Positions 19,971 to 32,501 are shown, numbered from the stretch's first letter. The stretch: DNA of 64,000 nucleotides from an uncultured Nitrospiraceae bacterium (GCA_963705105.1 CAVPIW010000005.1:288001-352000), one strand, 5' to 3'. Made by a program: numbers and translations. The notes: generated by a model from the letters alone, not told the origin.

Positions 19971-21104
19971 TCATGACAGAAGGGACTGCTTCGCTTTTTT
20001 TCGAAGGATGATCAGGCAGACGAAGAGCGCTGCCAGAACGCCGAAGAGCAGCAGGGATTTTCCCATCAGGATCCCCGACAAGTCACCGCCGCCGGCCGCC
20101 GCTCCGCTCTGTTTCGTGGCCAGATAGGCGAGCCAGCCGCCCATGCCCGCGTTGGCGATATACTGTTTTGCCAGCCTGTAGCCGTTGCCGTAGACGGGGT
20201 CCATATTCCTCTCTATGGCTGCAATGGCCTGTTCCGCTTCCGGACTCCTTTCGTCTGCGAGCACCATGACGGCGAGAGCCTGACAGCTTCCTTCCTCGAA
20301 GGTCTCGTCGAGGCCGTGGTTGTCCTTCAGCCTTATCCAGGCGTGGCAGAGCTCGTGGGCCGCGACCTCGAGGAAATTGACGTGGGGCAATCCTTCGAGG
20401 ATGAGGATCTCCAGTCCCTCCGTCCTCTGGTCATTGAATGTGCGGACGGTGTTAACGTGTGTCACCCCGTTTATCCCCTTTTTCCCCATGATCTCTTCGA
20501 GACGGAAGGCTGTTGCCAGGCGGAGAGGGATCTCCCGGTCGGGAAAGACGAATCCATAGCGGGCAATCTTTGTTTTTACTTCCTTGAACAAATCTGCCGC
20601 CTCACCCTCTTTCCAGACCGTCGTCCTGTCACACCTGTCACAGACGGTCCTGCCATCCTGGTAACGACTGTTCTCACCGGACTGAGCGCGTTGTATCACC
20701 CGGCCGCAGTATGTACAGTGCTTCAGTTCAGCCTGATGATGGGGATGATATTTTGTGCCCCACTCATCTGTCAGGTAGCGCCCCTCGAGAATCTGACCGC
20801 ATATGTCGCACTTGGGAAGGGCCTTCTGCTTATAGCAATTCGGGTGTAAGTATTTCCCGTCGTCTTTCGCAATGTCACCGTGAATAGGTTCGTTGCAGAG
20901 AGCGCAGAGAAGATGCCCCGGATGGAAAAACCTGTCATCGACCTGCAGATGTTGTCCCTCAATTTCCTCGCCGCAGTGATGACAGACGACGCCGGCAGGA
21001 GCGGGATCGGGACAAAATGCAACGATGAGCAGGATTAGGACTGCACAGATAAAATAAAGACGCTCCTTCAAACGCCGGAGCGGGGTTGTCCTGTGGGCTG
21101 ACAT
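19971..21104 (-). CDS. LIM zinc-finger plus DA1-like metallopeptidase protein, membrane anchored
   Basis: CHHC..HPGHLLCALC..HPNC..CDIC..CTYC..CDRC zinc fingers; HELCH and EEGSC peptidase motifs; N-terminal hydrophobic segment and C-terminal TM plus basic tail. Confidence 0.75.
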   Translation of the reverse strand: MSAHRTTPLRRLKERLYFICAVLILLIVAFCPDPAPAGVVCHHCGEEIEGQHLQVDDRFFHPGHLLCALCNEPIHGDIAKDDGKYLHPNCYKQKALPKCDICGQILEGRYLTDEWGTKYHPHHQAELKHCTYCGRVIQRAQSGENSRYQDGRTVCDRCDRTTVWKEGEAADLFKEVKTKIARYGFVFPDREIPLRLATAFRLEEIMGKKGINGVTHVNTVRTFNDQRTEGLEILILEGLPHVNFLEVAAHELCHAWIRLKDNHGLDETFEEGSCQALAVMVLADERSPEAEQAIAAIERNMDPVYGNGYRLAKQYIANAGMGGWLAYLATKQSGAAAGGGDLSGILMGKSLLLFGVLAALFVCLIILRKKAKQSLLS

Positions 21105-21219
21105 ATATGATAAATCGGGGAATTACGGGGTTTCTTGAGCGGACGATCAGCGTTCAGCCGGCATCATCGTCCCGATCCGCCAAACCGAGAGGCGGGGTGC
21201 ACGCGCCGCTTGTGAACAG

Positions 21220-21380
21220 TGACGATCTCCTAAAAAGTCGTCATATCCGCAAAGCTTGTCCCCGCAGATAGTAAGCGGGGAGCGGGTATCCAGAGTACAA
21301 ATAACTACCTGAAGGACTGGATTCCCGTCTGCACTGGAATGACGGATAAGCCCTTTACAGGACTTTTTACGAGGCTGTCA
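21220..21380. repeat. REP-dimer element family B copy 1
   Basis: Ends tgacgatctcctaaaaagtc / gactttttacgaggctgtca; internal gtcatatccgc..gcgggtatccag and ctggattcccgtc..ggaatgac palindromes; AACAGT direct repeats at the ends. Confidence 0.75.
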
Positions 21381-21388
21381 ACAGTAGA

Positions 21389-21599
21389 CCCTGCAGTTGC
21401 ATGAAAAGGCGGGGCGAAGAGCCTCAAAGCCTTGCTGAAGGCGACGATGATCATTGTCATCTTCGTGTTTCAGGATTCCACTCTTTGTGTCATCGACCAT
21501 TTGCGAATAGTTTGTCTTTCGTCTTGATGCAGGTGTCGCCGCAGCAAGGTTTTCGGCACATACACCCCGCCTTTCCGGGAGTGTATTGCAACGATAAGG
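21389..21599. mobile_element. MITE family A copy (interior type I)
   Basis: CC..GG ends, TAGA direct repeats at 21385-21388 and 21600-21603. Confidence 0.8.
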
Positions 21600-21944
21600 T
21601 AGACAGAATACAGTGGACAATAGACAGCAACCAGATGACGAACATGCCGACGGGGAGGCTGATGTGGTGAAAAGCATTTCCGCTAAGATACCTTATTCGT
21701 CCCCAGACTACCCTCTGCCGTGTCTATCGGTGCCAGATACCCGTCAGGCAACAGGCGCTAAACACCTCGAAATGTCTCATCATCGCATTGGAAAGGCGTT
21801 GAACCATATCTGCCTCCCCGGAGGCAGCGGTGGTGACACCGACTCTGACACTGACACTCACACTGTCACTGTTTTTCAGAGCGCTTCGCCCCGCCTTTTC
21901 ATGCAACCGCAAGGTAAAATTATAGGGGCATTCGGCTGACGACG

Positions 21945-22913
21945 TTACTCCAGCATTATGCCCGTCACGATGATGACGAGAGTACCTGCAAAGATGAGCA
22001 GCAGGGCCGTCGTCTCGAGAAAATGCCCCATGCGGTAACGCTTGTTGAACTCTCCGAGGCGGTATTGCTTGAACCACGTCCCGGAAAAGGGCATGGCGTA
22101 GGCGCGGATTTCCTCGAGCGCCATCAGCAGGTTGGCGTCTTCGTGAAGGACCGATCTCAGGAAACGGCCGGCATGAATGGCCAGGAATCCGCCTGAGCAG
22201 AGCAGAAAGACGGCCGGGAACAGATAGATCATCCCATGAGGCATGTTGCGCCTCAGAAAGAGGAGCGCCAGGGCGGCCAGGACGGCGGCGGTCAAGGCAA
22301 CGAGGATCACGATCTGTCCTATCTTCTCCTGTCCCCTGGCCGAACAGAAGCCGAAGTACGTGCTCTCCACCTTTTTCGGATCGGCAGCTTCTTCCTGGAC
22401 CGCCCGGACCGGTTCGCGCTGCGTAACCTGAGAGGCCTGTCGATCGTCCGCTGACTCCTCCATGCTCGTCCCGTCACCCGGTGTTTCCCTTTGAACGTGA
22501 AAGACGACGGACTCCGTCAGTCTCCTGATTTCCCGGGACAGGCGCGCGGGATCGCGCAGGTCGGCTCCGAGCTTGCCGGCCAGAAAGGGCGGCACCTCGC
22601 AGGTATTGATGACGACGGGAAAGACGGTGAACCGCCTTCCGCCGATGTCCGTCGTCATTGCGCGGATCAATTCGCTCCGGACCCAGTCGGTCATGACGGA
22701 CTGGCTCGATATAAGTGCGATGACGACGTCATGCCTTCCCGTCGCATCCCCGATTTTTCGCAGCAGCGACTCGCCCTGTTTCATCTCATCCTCGTCGAGC
22801 CGGACCTGGATGTCTTCGTTGTTCAGCTCCCTGATGATGCGACGCGCCATGGGTTTATCCGAATAACAATGTACAAGAAAAACCGAATGTGCGGTACTCC
22901 CCTGCCCGCTCAT
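21945..22913 (-). CDS. TIR-domain protein with C-terminal transmembrane helices
   Basis: VFLVHCYSDKPMARRI..LDEDEMKQGESL..LISSQSVMTDWVRSEL (TIR_2-like, catalytic Glu position kept); about three hydrophobic helices. Confidence 0.8.
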   Translation of the reverse strand: MSGQGSTAHSVFLVHCYSDKPMARRIIRELNNEDIQVRLDEDEMKQGESLLRKIGDATGRHDVVIALISSQSVMTDWVRSELIRAMTTDIGGRRFTVFPVVINTCEVPPFLAGKLGADLRDPARLSREIRRLTESVVFHVQRETPGDGTSMEESADDRQASQVTQREPVRAVQEEAADPKKVESTYFGFCSARGQEKIGQIVILVALTAAVLAALALLFLRRNMPHGMIYLFPAVFLLCSGGFLAIHAGRFLRSVLHEDANLLMALEEIRAYAMPFSGTWFKQYRLGEFNKRYRMGHFLETTALLLIFAGTLVIIVTGIMLE

Positions 22914-22916
22914 CGG

Positions 22917-25429
<2,513 letters not shown>

Positions 25430-25519
25430 GCAATATGTGGGAATGCCGAATGCTGTGAGAAAGTATACCAGAGCGGGAAGAATGAAGACTACAGGGGGTG
25501 CGGAAAAGGAATGACGCCT

Positions 25520-26287
25520 CTACTTTCCTTCGATGAGCTGGATGAAAGCCTTTGCGTCCTTGTAACCGGGAACGACGCGGCCGTCGGAGAGGACCGTCGC
25601 GGGGGTACCGCTTATACCGAGCTTTTCGGCGAGTTTGATGTTTTCATCAAGGGCCTTCGTCTCGCACGTGGCCTTCGGGAGCGGCTTTTTCTGATAGGCG
25701 TCCTCGAGGAGGGCGAGAGATTTTTCGCAGACGACCGCCTTCGATTTGTCGTAAGCTTCCGGGTGCATCTTCAACGGAAACAGCTTGACAAAAAAGACGA
25801 TGTCCTTCCTCTCACTCAGTATTTTCTTCATCTCCTGATGAAGTTTCTCGCAGAAGGGTCAATCGGGGTCGCTGAAGACGATGGCGCGGTACTTGGCGTT
25901 CTTGTCACCCATGACGATGGCGTCATCGAGGGGGATCTGAGACACATCGACCCGCGTAATGTCCGCCATCCGCTCCTGCGTCAGGTTCTTCCTCTCCTTG
26001 ATCGAGATGACAGCGCCGGAAAAGAGGTTTTTCTTCGCGTAATCGATGTAAACAATGCCTTTCCTTCCGCCCGACTCGATGACGAGCTCCCAGAGACCGC
26101 CTGCCGGCGCCTTGTTGACCTCGGCGACCTTTACGTCGGGGATGATGTCCTTGAGGATCTTTTCAGCCTCGTCCTTTGCCAGGGTGTGACACTTCGAGCA
26201 GTCCTTATCTCCTCCCGCGAAGCCGAAAGCGATGCCGGCCGGGAGCAGGCAGAGGATGAGCAGAGCGAGGGCTGAGATCCGTTTCAT
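25520..26287 (-). CDS. DsbC-family thiol:disulfide isomerase, probable selenoprotein (UGA at 25859-25861)
   Basis: Two in-frame ORFs joined by one TGA giving VFSDPD-U-PFC; signal peptide; GISGTPA cis-Pro loop; hairpin cttcatc-agga-gatgaag after the UGA. Confidence 0.85.
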
Positions 26288-26328
26288 GCTTTTCAGTATA
26301 CAGAGACGGAGTCGAAATATGCAAGGTA

Positions 26329-26396
26329 TCTTGCAGTTGCGTGAAAAGCCGGCGCGAAGCACCTCACCTTCCCGGAGGGCGTATATAACAATAAGG
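26329..26396. repeat. Miniature family A element (fused arms, no interior)
   Basis: tcttgcagttgcgtgaaaagccggcgcgaagcacc joined to ccttcccggagggcgtatataacaataagg. Confidence 0.55.
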
Positions 26397-26403
26397 CTTA
26401 CGC

Positions 26404-27045
26404 TCATCGCGCGCCGAAGCGATGACGGAGGAATTCGATGACGCCGGGCATGACCGATATGACGATGATGGCGAGGATGACAAGGGAGAAGTTGTTTTTG
26501 ACCACCGGTATGTTGCCGAAGAAATAGCCGGAGAGGACAAGGCTCGTTATCCAGAGCACTCCCCCGGCAATGCTGAAAAGCACGTAGCTCCCGTAGCGCA
26601 TCCTGCCGATGCCCGCGACGAAGGGTGCGAAGGTCCGGACGATGGGGACAAACCGGGCGATGATGATCGTTTTGCGACCGTACTTCTCGTAGAAATGGCG
26701 CGTCCTGTCGAGGTGCTTCCTGTTGAGAAAACGGGAACTCTCGCTGTGGAAGACCCGCGGTCCCGTAAAACGCCCGATCCAGTAATTCACGTTGTCGCCT
26801 GAAAAAGACGCCGTGATCAGGAGCGCGATGATCAGCCTGACGTCGAGGGACCCCATCGCGGCCAGGGTACCGACGGCGAAGAGGAGTGAATCTCCCGGCA
26901 GGAAGGGCGTGACGACGAGTCCCGTTTCGCAGAATATTATGAGAAAGAGTATCGCATAGGTCCAGGTCCCGTAATCCCTGATGACGATATCGAGGTACTT
27001 GTCCAGGTGCAGGACGATCTCGATGACGTCACGGATGAATTCCAC
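26404..27045 (-). CDS. dedA: DedA family membrane protein
   Basis: FCETGLVVTPFLPGDSLLF, ARFVPIVRTFAPFVAG. Confidence 0.95.
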   Translation of the reverse strand: MEFIRDVIEIVLHLDKYLDIVIRDYGTWTYAILFLIIFCETGLVVTPFLPGDSLLFAVGTLAAMGSLDVRLIIALLITASFSGDNVNYWIGRFTGPRVFHSESSRFLNRKHLDRTRHFYEKYGRKTIIIARFVPIVRTFAPFVAGIGRMRYGSYVLFSIAGGVLWITSLVLSGYFFGNIPVVKNNFSLVILAIIVISVMPGVIEFLRHRFGAR

Positions 27046-27579
27046 TCACTCTCCCTCGAACTCGGTGAGAGAAAAGATCCTGTATCCCTTTTCAAGAAGC
27101 TTCCCCTCTCCTCCCACATCGGGGAGATTGACGATGAAGACCATCTCGGCAACGGTACCGCCGAGTTTCTCGACGAGGGCCGCCGCTGCGAGGGCCGTAC
27201 CGCCCGTGGCGAGAAGGTCGTCGACGAGGAGCACCCGTGTCCCCTTCTGGAGGGAGTCGCTGTGAATCTCCATTGTGTCCGTTCCGTATTCAAGTTCGTA
27301 TTCGTGGCTGATTTTGTCAGCCGGGAGCTTGCCCTTCTTCCTGATGGGGATGAACCCCTTTCCGAGGGAATAGGCGAGAGCGCCGCCGATGATGAAGCCC
27401 CTCGATTCGATGCCGACGATGATGTCGAACTTCAGATCCCCCCTTATGTACCGCTGCGTGAAGCTGTCGATGACGAGCCTGAACCCCACGGGGTCCTTCA
27501 GCAGCGTCGTGATATCCCTGAAAAGAATACCTTTTTTCGGGTAATCCGGTATGGTCCGTATCTTCGACTTTATCGGCAT
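27046..27579 (-). CDS. apt: Adenine phosphoribosyltransferase
   Basis: IPDYPKKGILFRDIT, RKKGKLP, VDDLLATGGT. Confidence 0.97.
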   Translation of the reverse strand: MPIKSKIRTIPDYPKKGILFRDITTLLKDPVGFRLVIDSFTQRYIRGDLKFDIIVGIESRGFIIGGALAYSLGKGFIPIRKKGKLPADKISHEYELEYGTDTMEIHSDSLQKGTRVLLVDDLLATGGTALAAAALVEKLGGTVAEMVFIVNLPDVGGEGKLLEKGYRIFSLTEFEGE

Positions 27580-27592
27580 CGCTTCCTCCTCC

Positions 27593-28357
27593 TTAATGGT
27601 TGCAGCTCTTCAGGCCCCCGATCTTCGGGACCGTCTTCATAATCAGGTTCCTCACATTACCGGCGTTTTTCTCCATGATCGCGACGATCATCTCCCACGT
27701 GACGGGTTCTTCCCCTTCTTTCCAGCAGTCGTAGTCGGTGGACATGGCGATCGACTGATAGCAGATGCCGGCCTCCCGGGCGAGGATCACCTCGGGTACC
27801 GTGGACATGTTGATGACGTCGGCGCCGAGTTTCCTGAACATGTGCGATTCAGCCCGCGATGAAAACCTGGGCCCCTCGATCGTGACGACCGTTCCCCTGC
27901 GGTGGTGGCGGAGACCCAGCTCCTTTGCCGATTCGACGAGGAGACCCCGCAGTTCCGCGCAGAAAGGATCGCTCATCGGCGTGTGGATCACCTGCTGTTC
28001 ATGGAAGGTGAGCACACGGTGTTTCGTGAAGTCGATGAACTGATCGACGAAGACGAGATCGCCCGGCCTGATCCTCACTCTCAGGGAGCCGACTGCCGTC
28101 GTGGCGAGGATGTGTGAGCAGCCCGCCTCTTTCAGGGCGAGGATGTTGGCCCGGTAATTCACGTTCGTCGGCGAAACGCCGTGATCCTTGCCGTGGCGGG
28201 ACAGCACGACCATATCGATGCCGTCGAGCTTTCCCGTCGTCAGCGGTGACGACGGATCGCCGTACGGCGTCTCCACCGCATGCTCCTCCATATCGCTCAG
28301 GAGACGGGGGTCGTCCATGCCGGATCCGCCGATGATGCCGATCTTTATCTTTTCCAT
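27593..28357 (-). CDS. mtnP: S-methyl-5'-thioadenosine phosphorylase
   Basis: GIIGGSG, RHG, NYRANI, IEGPRFS, INMS, TDYDCW. Confidence 0.93.
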   Translation of the reverse strand: MEKIKIGIIGGSGMDDPRLLSDMEEHAVETPYGDPSSPLTTGKLDGIDMVVLSRHGKDHGVSPTNVNYRANILALKEAGCSHILATTAVGSLRVRIRPGDLVFVDQFIDFTKHRVLTFHEQQVIHTPMSDPFCAELRGLLVESAKELGLRHHRRGTVVTIEGPRFSSRAESHMFRKLGADVINMSTVPEVILAREAGICYQSIAMSTDYDCWKEGEEPVTWEMIVAIMEKNAGNVRNLIMKTVPKIGGLKSCNH

Positions 28358-28439
28358 GAGTACACCTCACATTTCCAAGTCAAAAAGTTTACCATACGGG
28401 AATCACTTTTTGAATCATTGGTGTCCAAAATAACGTGAC

Positions 28440-28622
28440 ACGAGGAGAGGGCATGCTTTCTTCGCAAAATAAACTACCTCTCCTCAAGGGCATGTCTCTA
28501 GTATGAAAACATATGTCTTCGCAGGTACACTGTACGGCTCCCGCTACGGCTTGCGCCTTCGACTCCCGCCGCCGTTCACAGTACCCGTGAATTTTGCTTC
28601 AAAAACCAAACCCTCTCCTCGT
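28440..28622. repeat. Long fold-back element (family D, single copy here)
   Basis: Perfect 12-bp IR acgaggagaggg / ccctctcctcgt plus inner IRs (gcaaaat/attttgc; ggtacactgtacggc/gccgttcacagtacc). Confidence 0.6.
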
Positions 28623-28648
28623 TTTCGACGTCTCACTGTGAAATAATT

Positions 28649-29010
28649 ACCATATCGTTTGCAGACGTGCGACCGAAAGGCGGGATGTATGCGCTGCTTA
28701 CAAACAGCAGACAGAATTCAGTAAACAATAGACAGCAACCAGACGACGAACACACCGACGGGAAGGCTGATGTGGTGAAAAGCCTTTCCGCTAAGATACC
28801 GTGTTCGTCCCCGGACCACACTTTGCCGTGTCTACCGATACCAGATGCCCGTCAGGCAAGAGGCGCTGAACACCTCGATATGTCTCATCATCGCATTGGA
28901 AAGGCTTTGAACCATATCTGCCTTCCCGGAGGCAGTGACACCGACACTGACACTCACACTGTCACTGTTTTTCAGAGCACTTTGTCCCGACTTTTCATAC
29001 AACTGGTAAG
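28649..29010. mobile_element. MITE family A copy carrying Z module (28759-28928)
   Basis: Degenerate arms, heptamer repeats, 170-bp Z module, gacact hexamer repeats. Confidence 0.7.
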
Positions 29011-29070
29011 AATATAATACCTCCGTAGACAAATTGCCGGTCCTGTGGTACCCTTTATGAGAAACGGCAG

Positions 29071-30801
29071 ATGAATACCACAACTGCATATCATGACATC
29101 GTCATCGTCGGCTCCGGCCTCGCCGGGTTGAGGGCGGCCCTCGAAGTCGCCGGCAAGGCGGACGTCGCCGTGATCAGCAAGGTCTACCCGACCCGCTCCC
29201 ACTCGGGCGCCGCCCAGGGAGGGATCGCCGCCGCCCTCGGCAACGAAGAGAGCGACTCCTGGGAATGGCACATGTTCGACACGGTGAAGGGCGGCGATTA
29301 CCTCACCGACCAGGACGCCGCAGAGATTCTCGCACGCGACGCTCCGAGGGCAGTCTATGAATTGGAGCATTGGGGAGTTCCTTTCAACAGGACGCCCGAC
29401 GGGAGAATAGCACAGCGCGCCTTCGGCGGACACACGAGCGAATTCGGACGGGCAGCCGTGAAAAGGGCCTGCCATGCCGCCGACCGGTCGGGACGGGTCA
29501 TGCTCGACATCATGTACTGGGAGGCGGTGCGCCGGGGGATCAAAGTATACAGCGAGTTTCATGTCCTCGATCTCGTCATGACGGGAGACGGTGTCGCAGG
29601 GATCGTCGCCTGTGAGTTTGCCACGGGACAGATCCATGTCTTTCATTCCAAAATCGTGCTCCTCGCCACGGGAGGGTTCGGCAAGGTCTACAGGACGACA
29701 TCGAACTGTTTTGCAAACACCGGCGACGGCGTCGCCATGGCCTTCCGGTCCGGCATACCGCTCGAGGACATGGAATTCGTCCAGATCCATCCGACGGGCA
29801 TCTACGGTCTCGGAGTCCTCATCAGCGAGGCCGCCCGCGGCGAGGGAGGCATCCTGAGAAACAGGGACGGAGAGGCCTTCATGGGACGCTATGCCCCGAC
29901 GGTAAAAGATCTCGCGGCGAGAGACGTCGTGAGCAGGGCCATCTATACCGAAATCCGCGAGGGCAGGGGGATTGACGGAAAGGACTTCGTCCATCTCGAC
30001 CTTACCCATCTGGGGAGGGAGAAAATCGCCGAGAAGCTCTCCGACATCAGCTCATTCGCCACAATCTACCTCGGCGTGGATGCCACGAAATCGCCCATCC
30101 CCGTGCAACCGACCTGCCATTACATGATGGGCGGGATCCCCACAAACTTGGACGGTCAGGTGCTCAGCGAGAATCACGAACCCGTGCCCGGTCTCTATGC
30201 TGCGGGAGAATGCGCATGCCTCTCTCTCCACGGCGCGAACCGCCTCGGCTGCAACTCTCTCCTGGACCTCGTCATCTTCGGCAGGAGGGCGGGTCTGAAA
30301 ATGGCAGAGGAAGTCGGGCGCCTCCAGTTCGTCGATCTCCCCCATCGCCCCGAGGCGAGGGTGACGGACACCGCAGCCGTCCTCAGGGAACGGAAGACGG
30401 GAGAACGGGCGACCGCAATCAGGAGCCTGATGCAGCAGACAATGACAGACCGCTGTTCCGTCTTCCGGACGAGAAATGGACTGATGGAGGCCCTTTCCAT
30501 ACTCAGGGGATTGCGGGACCGGTTCGATCAGGTCATCATCGCCGACAAGGGCGAGCGCTTTAACACCGACCTGCTGGAGGTGCTCGAGTTGGAGTCCCTG
30601 CTGTCCCTGGCGGAGACCATTGTCCGCTCGGCCCTCGCCAGGGAGGAGAGCCGGGGCGCTCACTTCAGGGAGGATTTCCCGGACAGGGACGATGCGAACT
30701 GCCTCAAGCACACGTTGATCAGGAAGGACGGCGAAGGCTGCCGCATCTTCTACAAGCCTGTGCGCATCACCCGTTTCCAGCCCCAGAAGAGGGTCTACTG
30801 A
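29071..30801 (+). CDS. sdhA: Succinate dehydrogenase/fumarate reductase flavoprotein subunit
   Basis: [42 protein letters not shown]. Confidence 0.95.
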   Translation: MNTTTAYHDIVIVGSGLAGLRAALEVAGKADVAVISKVYPTRSHSGAAQGGIAAALGNEESDSWEWHMFDTVKGGDYLTDQDAAEILARDAPRAVYELEHWGVPFNRTPDGRIAQRAFGGHTSEFGRAAVKRACHAADRSGRVMLDIMYWEAVRRGIKVYSEFHVLDLVMTGDGVAGIVACEFATGQIHVFHSKIVLLATGGFGKVYRTTSNCFANTGDGVAMAFRSGIPLEDMEFVQIHPTGIYGLGVLISEAARGEGGILRNRDGEAFMGRYAPTVKDLAARDVVSRAIYTEIREGRGIDGKDFVHLDLTHLGREKIAEKLSDISSFATIYLGVDATKSPIPVQPTCHYMMGGIPTNLDGQVLSENHEPVPGLYAAGECACLSLHGANRLGCNSLLDLVIFGRRAGLKMAEEVGRLQFVDLPHRPEARVTDTAAVLRERKTGERATAIRSLMQQTMTDRCSVFRTRNGLMEALSILRGLRDRFDQVIIADKGERFNTDLLEVLELESLLSLAETIVRSALAREESRGAHFREDFPDRDDANCLKHTLIRKDGEGCRIFYKPVRITRFQPQKRVY

Positions 30802-31508
30802 TGGATATGCACTTCAAGATATACCGTTTTGACCCGGCCGCCGACAAGGGTCCGCATTACCGTCACTACACCGTACAGGCCGAACCGGAGGAGCGCATTC
30901 TTGACTGCCTGAACCGGATCAAGTGGGAGCAGGACGGGACCCTGGCCTACCGGATGTCCTGCGGCCACGGCGTCTGCGGTTCCGACGGCCTCAGGATCAA
31001 CGGCACCTGCAGGCTCGCATGCCAGGCCCTCGTCAGGGATTACCAGTGCCCCGAGGTCGTTATCGAGCCTCTCCCGGGCTTCAGGGTGCTCAAAGACCTC
31101 ATCGTCGACATCGACGGGTTTCTCGAGGGGATCCGTCTCATCAGGCCCTTTCTCATCGCCGCGACGGATCCGCCCGAAAAGGAGCGCCTCCAGGACCCCG
31201 AAGACAGGAAAAAGGTGGATGCCGTCATACGCTGCATCCTCTGCGCCTGCTGTACCGGCGCCTGCCCCGTCCGCTGGATCGACGAGGCCTACGTGGGTCC
31301 GGCAGCACTCGTATGGGCCTACCGCTACATCTTCGATTCACGCGATGAGGAGCGAACGGTGAGGCTGCAGCAGATCGACAACGCGACCGGCGCCTGGGGC
31401 TGCGTCAACCACTTCGAATGCACCCGCGTCTGCCCGAAGGATATCCCTGTCACCAAGTCCATCAACGAGATCAAGAGGGAGATCGAGAAGCGCCTCCGCC
31501 GCACCTGA
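30801..31508 (+). CDS. sdhB: Succinate dehydrogenase/fumarate reductase iron-sulfur subunit
   Basis: SCGHGVCGSD, CILCACCTGACP, CVNHFECTRVCPK. Confidence 0.95.
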   Translation: MDMHFKIYRFDPAADKGPHYRHYTVQAEPEERILDCLNRIKWEQDGTLAYRMSCGHGVCGSDGLRINGTCRLACQALVRDYQCPEVVIEPLPGFRVLKDLIVDIDGFLEGIRLIRPFLIAATDPPEKERLQDPEDRKKVDAVIRCILCACCTGACPVRWIDEAYVGPAALVWAYRYIFDSRDEERTVRLQQIDNATGAWGCVNHFECTRVCPKDIPVTKSINEIKREIEKRLRRT

Positions 31509-31520
31509 TACGTGTCTTTG

Positions 31521-31716
31521 CCGTCCGGCTGCACGGAAAGGCGGGGCGAAGCGCCTCTAAAAACAGTGTCAGTGTCAGTGTGAGTGTCAGCAAAAGGGTC
31601 ACTTTTTTCAGCCGTCAGCCTGAAATGGTCTTTATGGGAAGGCAGAGGTTTCGCAGCACCGAGGCTTGTCGGCGCATACGCCCCGCCTTTCCGGAGGCCC
31701 GATTGCAACGTTGAGG
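31521..31716. mobile_element. MITE family A copy (interior type II plus hexamer repeats)
   Basis: CC..GG ends; flanks TTTG/TTTA; lies between convergent genes. Confidence 0.7.
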
Positions 31717-31734
31717 TTTACGGATTCGTCCCCT

Positions 31735-32040
31735 TCACTCCCCGGGCAGCTTGGCGGCAAGCACATCGACCTTCTCGATGACGGGCGGCTTCGAAAGCAG
31801 CTCGTCAGCCCTGGCCATCAGAGCAGCGGCGACCTTGCCCGTCAGGTGAGCCTGACGCCCCGACTCATCGGGAAATGCGTCGAAAATGCCGAACGTGGAA
31901 GGTCCGAGGCGGATAGCGAACCACGCCGTCGTCGCAGGCTCCTGCTGCACCACCGGCAGGCCGCCGAGCAGGAAGTCCTCAACGTCCTTCTCTTTTCCGG
32001 GCTTTGCCTCCAGACGAACAAACAACGCTACCTTTACCAT
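31735..32040 (-). CDS. Antibiotic biosynthesis monooxygenase (ABM) family protein
   Basis: MVKVALFVRLEAKPGKE..FGIFDAF..GRQAHL. Confidence 0.88.
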   Translation of the reverse strand: MVKVALFVRLEAKPGKEKDVEDFLLGGLPVVQQEPATTAWFAIRLGPSTFGIFDAFPDESGRQAHLTGKVAAALMARADELLSKPPVIEKVDVLAAKLPGE

Positions 32041-32067
32041 CTCTCTTCTCCTTTCCAAACTTATTCT

Positions 32068-32229
32068 TGACGACCTCGTAAAAAGCCTTGCATAGCACTA
32101 TTCTGTCATTCCCGTGCAGACGGGAATCCAGCATTTCGAGGCACTTGCTTATAGTCTGGATACCCGCTCCCCGCTTACTATCCGCGGGGACAAGCCTTGC
32201 GGGTATGACGACTTTTTACGAATCCATCA
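32068..32229. repeat. REP-dimer element family B copy 2
   Basis: Inverted homolog of 21220-21380; gtcattcccgtgcagacgggaatccag; ATTCTT direct repeats at the ends. Confidence 0.78.
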
Positions 32230-32287
32230 TTCTTCGGCCTCTCATTCAAGTTTAGCACCCTTTATGGACAGTGCAAAACAGGCTTTA

Positions 32288-32500
32288 CCTTATCGTTGCA
32301 ATACACTTCCGGGAAAGGCGGGGCGTATGCGCCGAAAACCTTGCTGCGGCGACACCATAACTCTCACAGAAGACAACCTTTCAAACCAATGGTCGACCAC
32401 ACAAAGAGTGGAATCCTGAAAGACAAACCTGACGAGGCGTATCGTCGCCTTCAGCAAGGCTTTGAGGCGTTTCGCCACGCCTTTCTATGCAACTACAAGG
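32288..32500. mobile_element. MITE family A copy (interior type I)
   Basis: ~65-bp imperfect TIRs; perfect TTTA direct repeats at 32284-32287 and 32501-32504. Confidence 0.82.
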
Positions 32501-32501
32501 T

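Larger units (their letters stand above)
21162..21915. mobile_element. Family A outer element (Z-module type) with two nested insertions
   Basis: Degenerate left arm ~21162-21215, heptamer repeats, Z module 21651-21820, hexamer repeats, right arm to ~21915; homologous to 28649-29010 once nested elements are removed. Confidence 0.65.

Noticed and set aside
21378..21939. Short ORFs with SVSVSV/TDTDTH runs here and at 9056, 28667, 31418, 32296, 43919, 58288
   Set aside because: They are translations of the MITE and hexamer repeats
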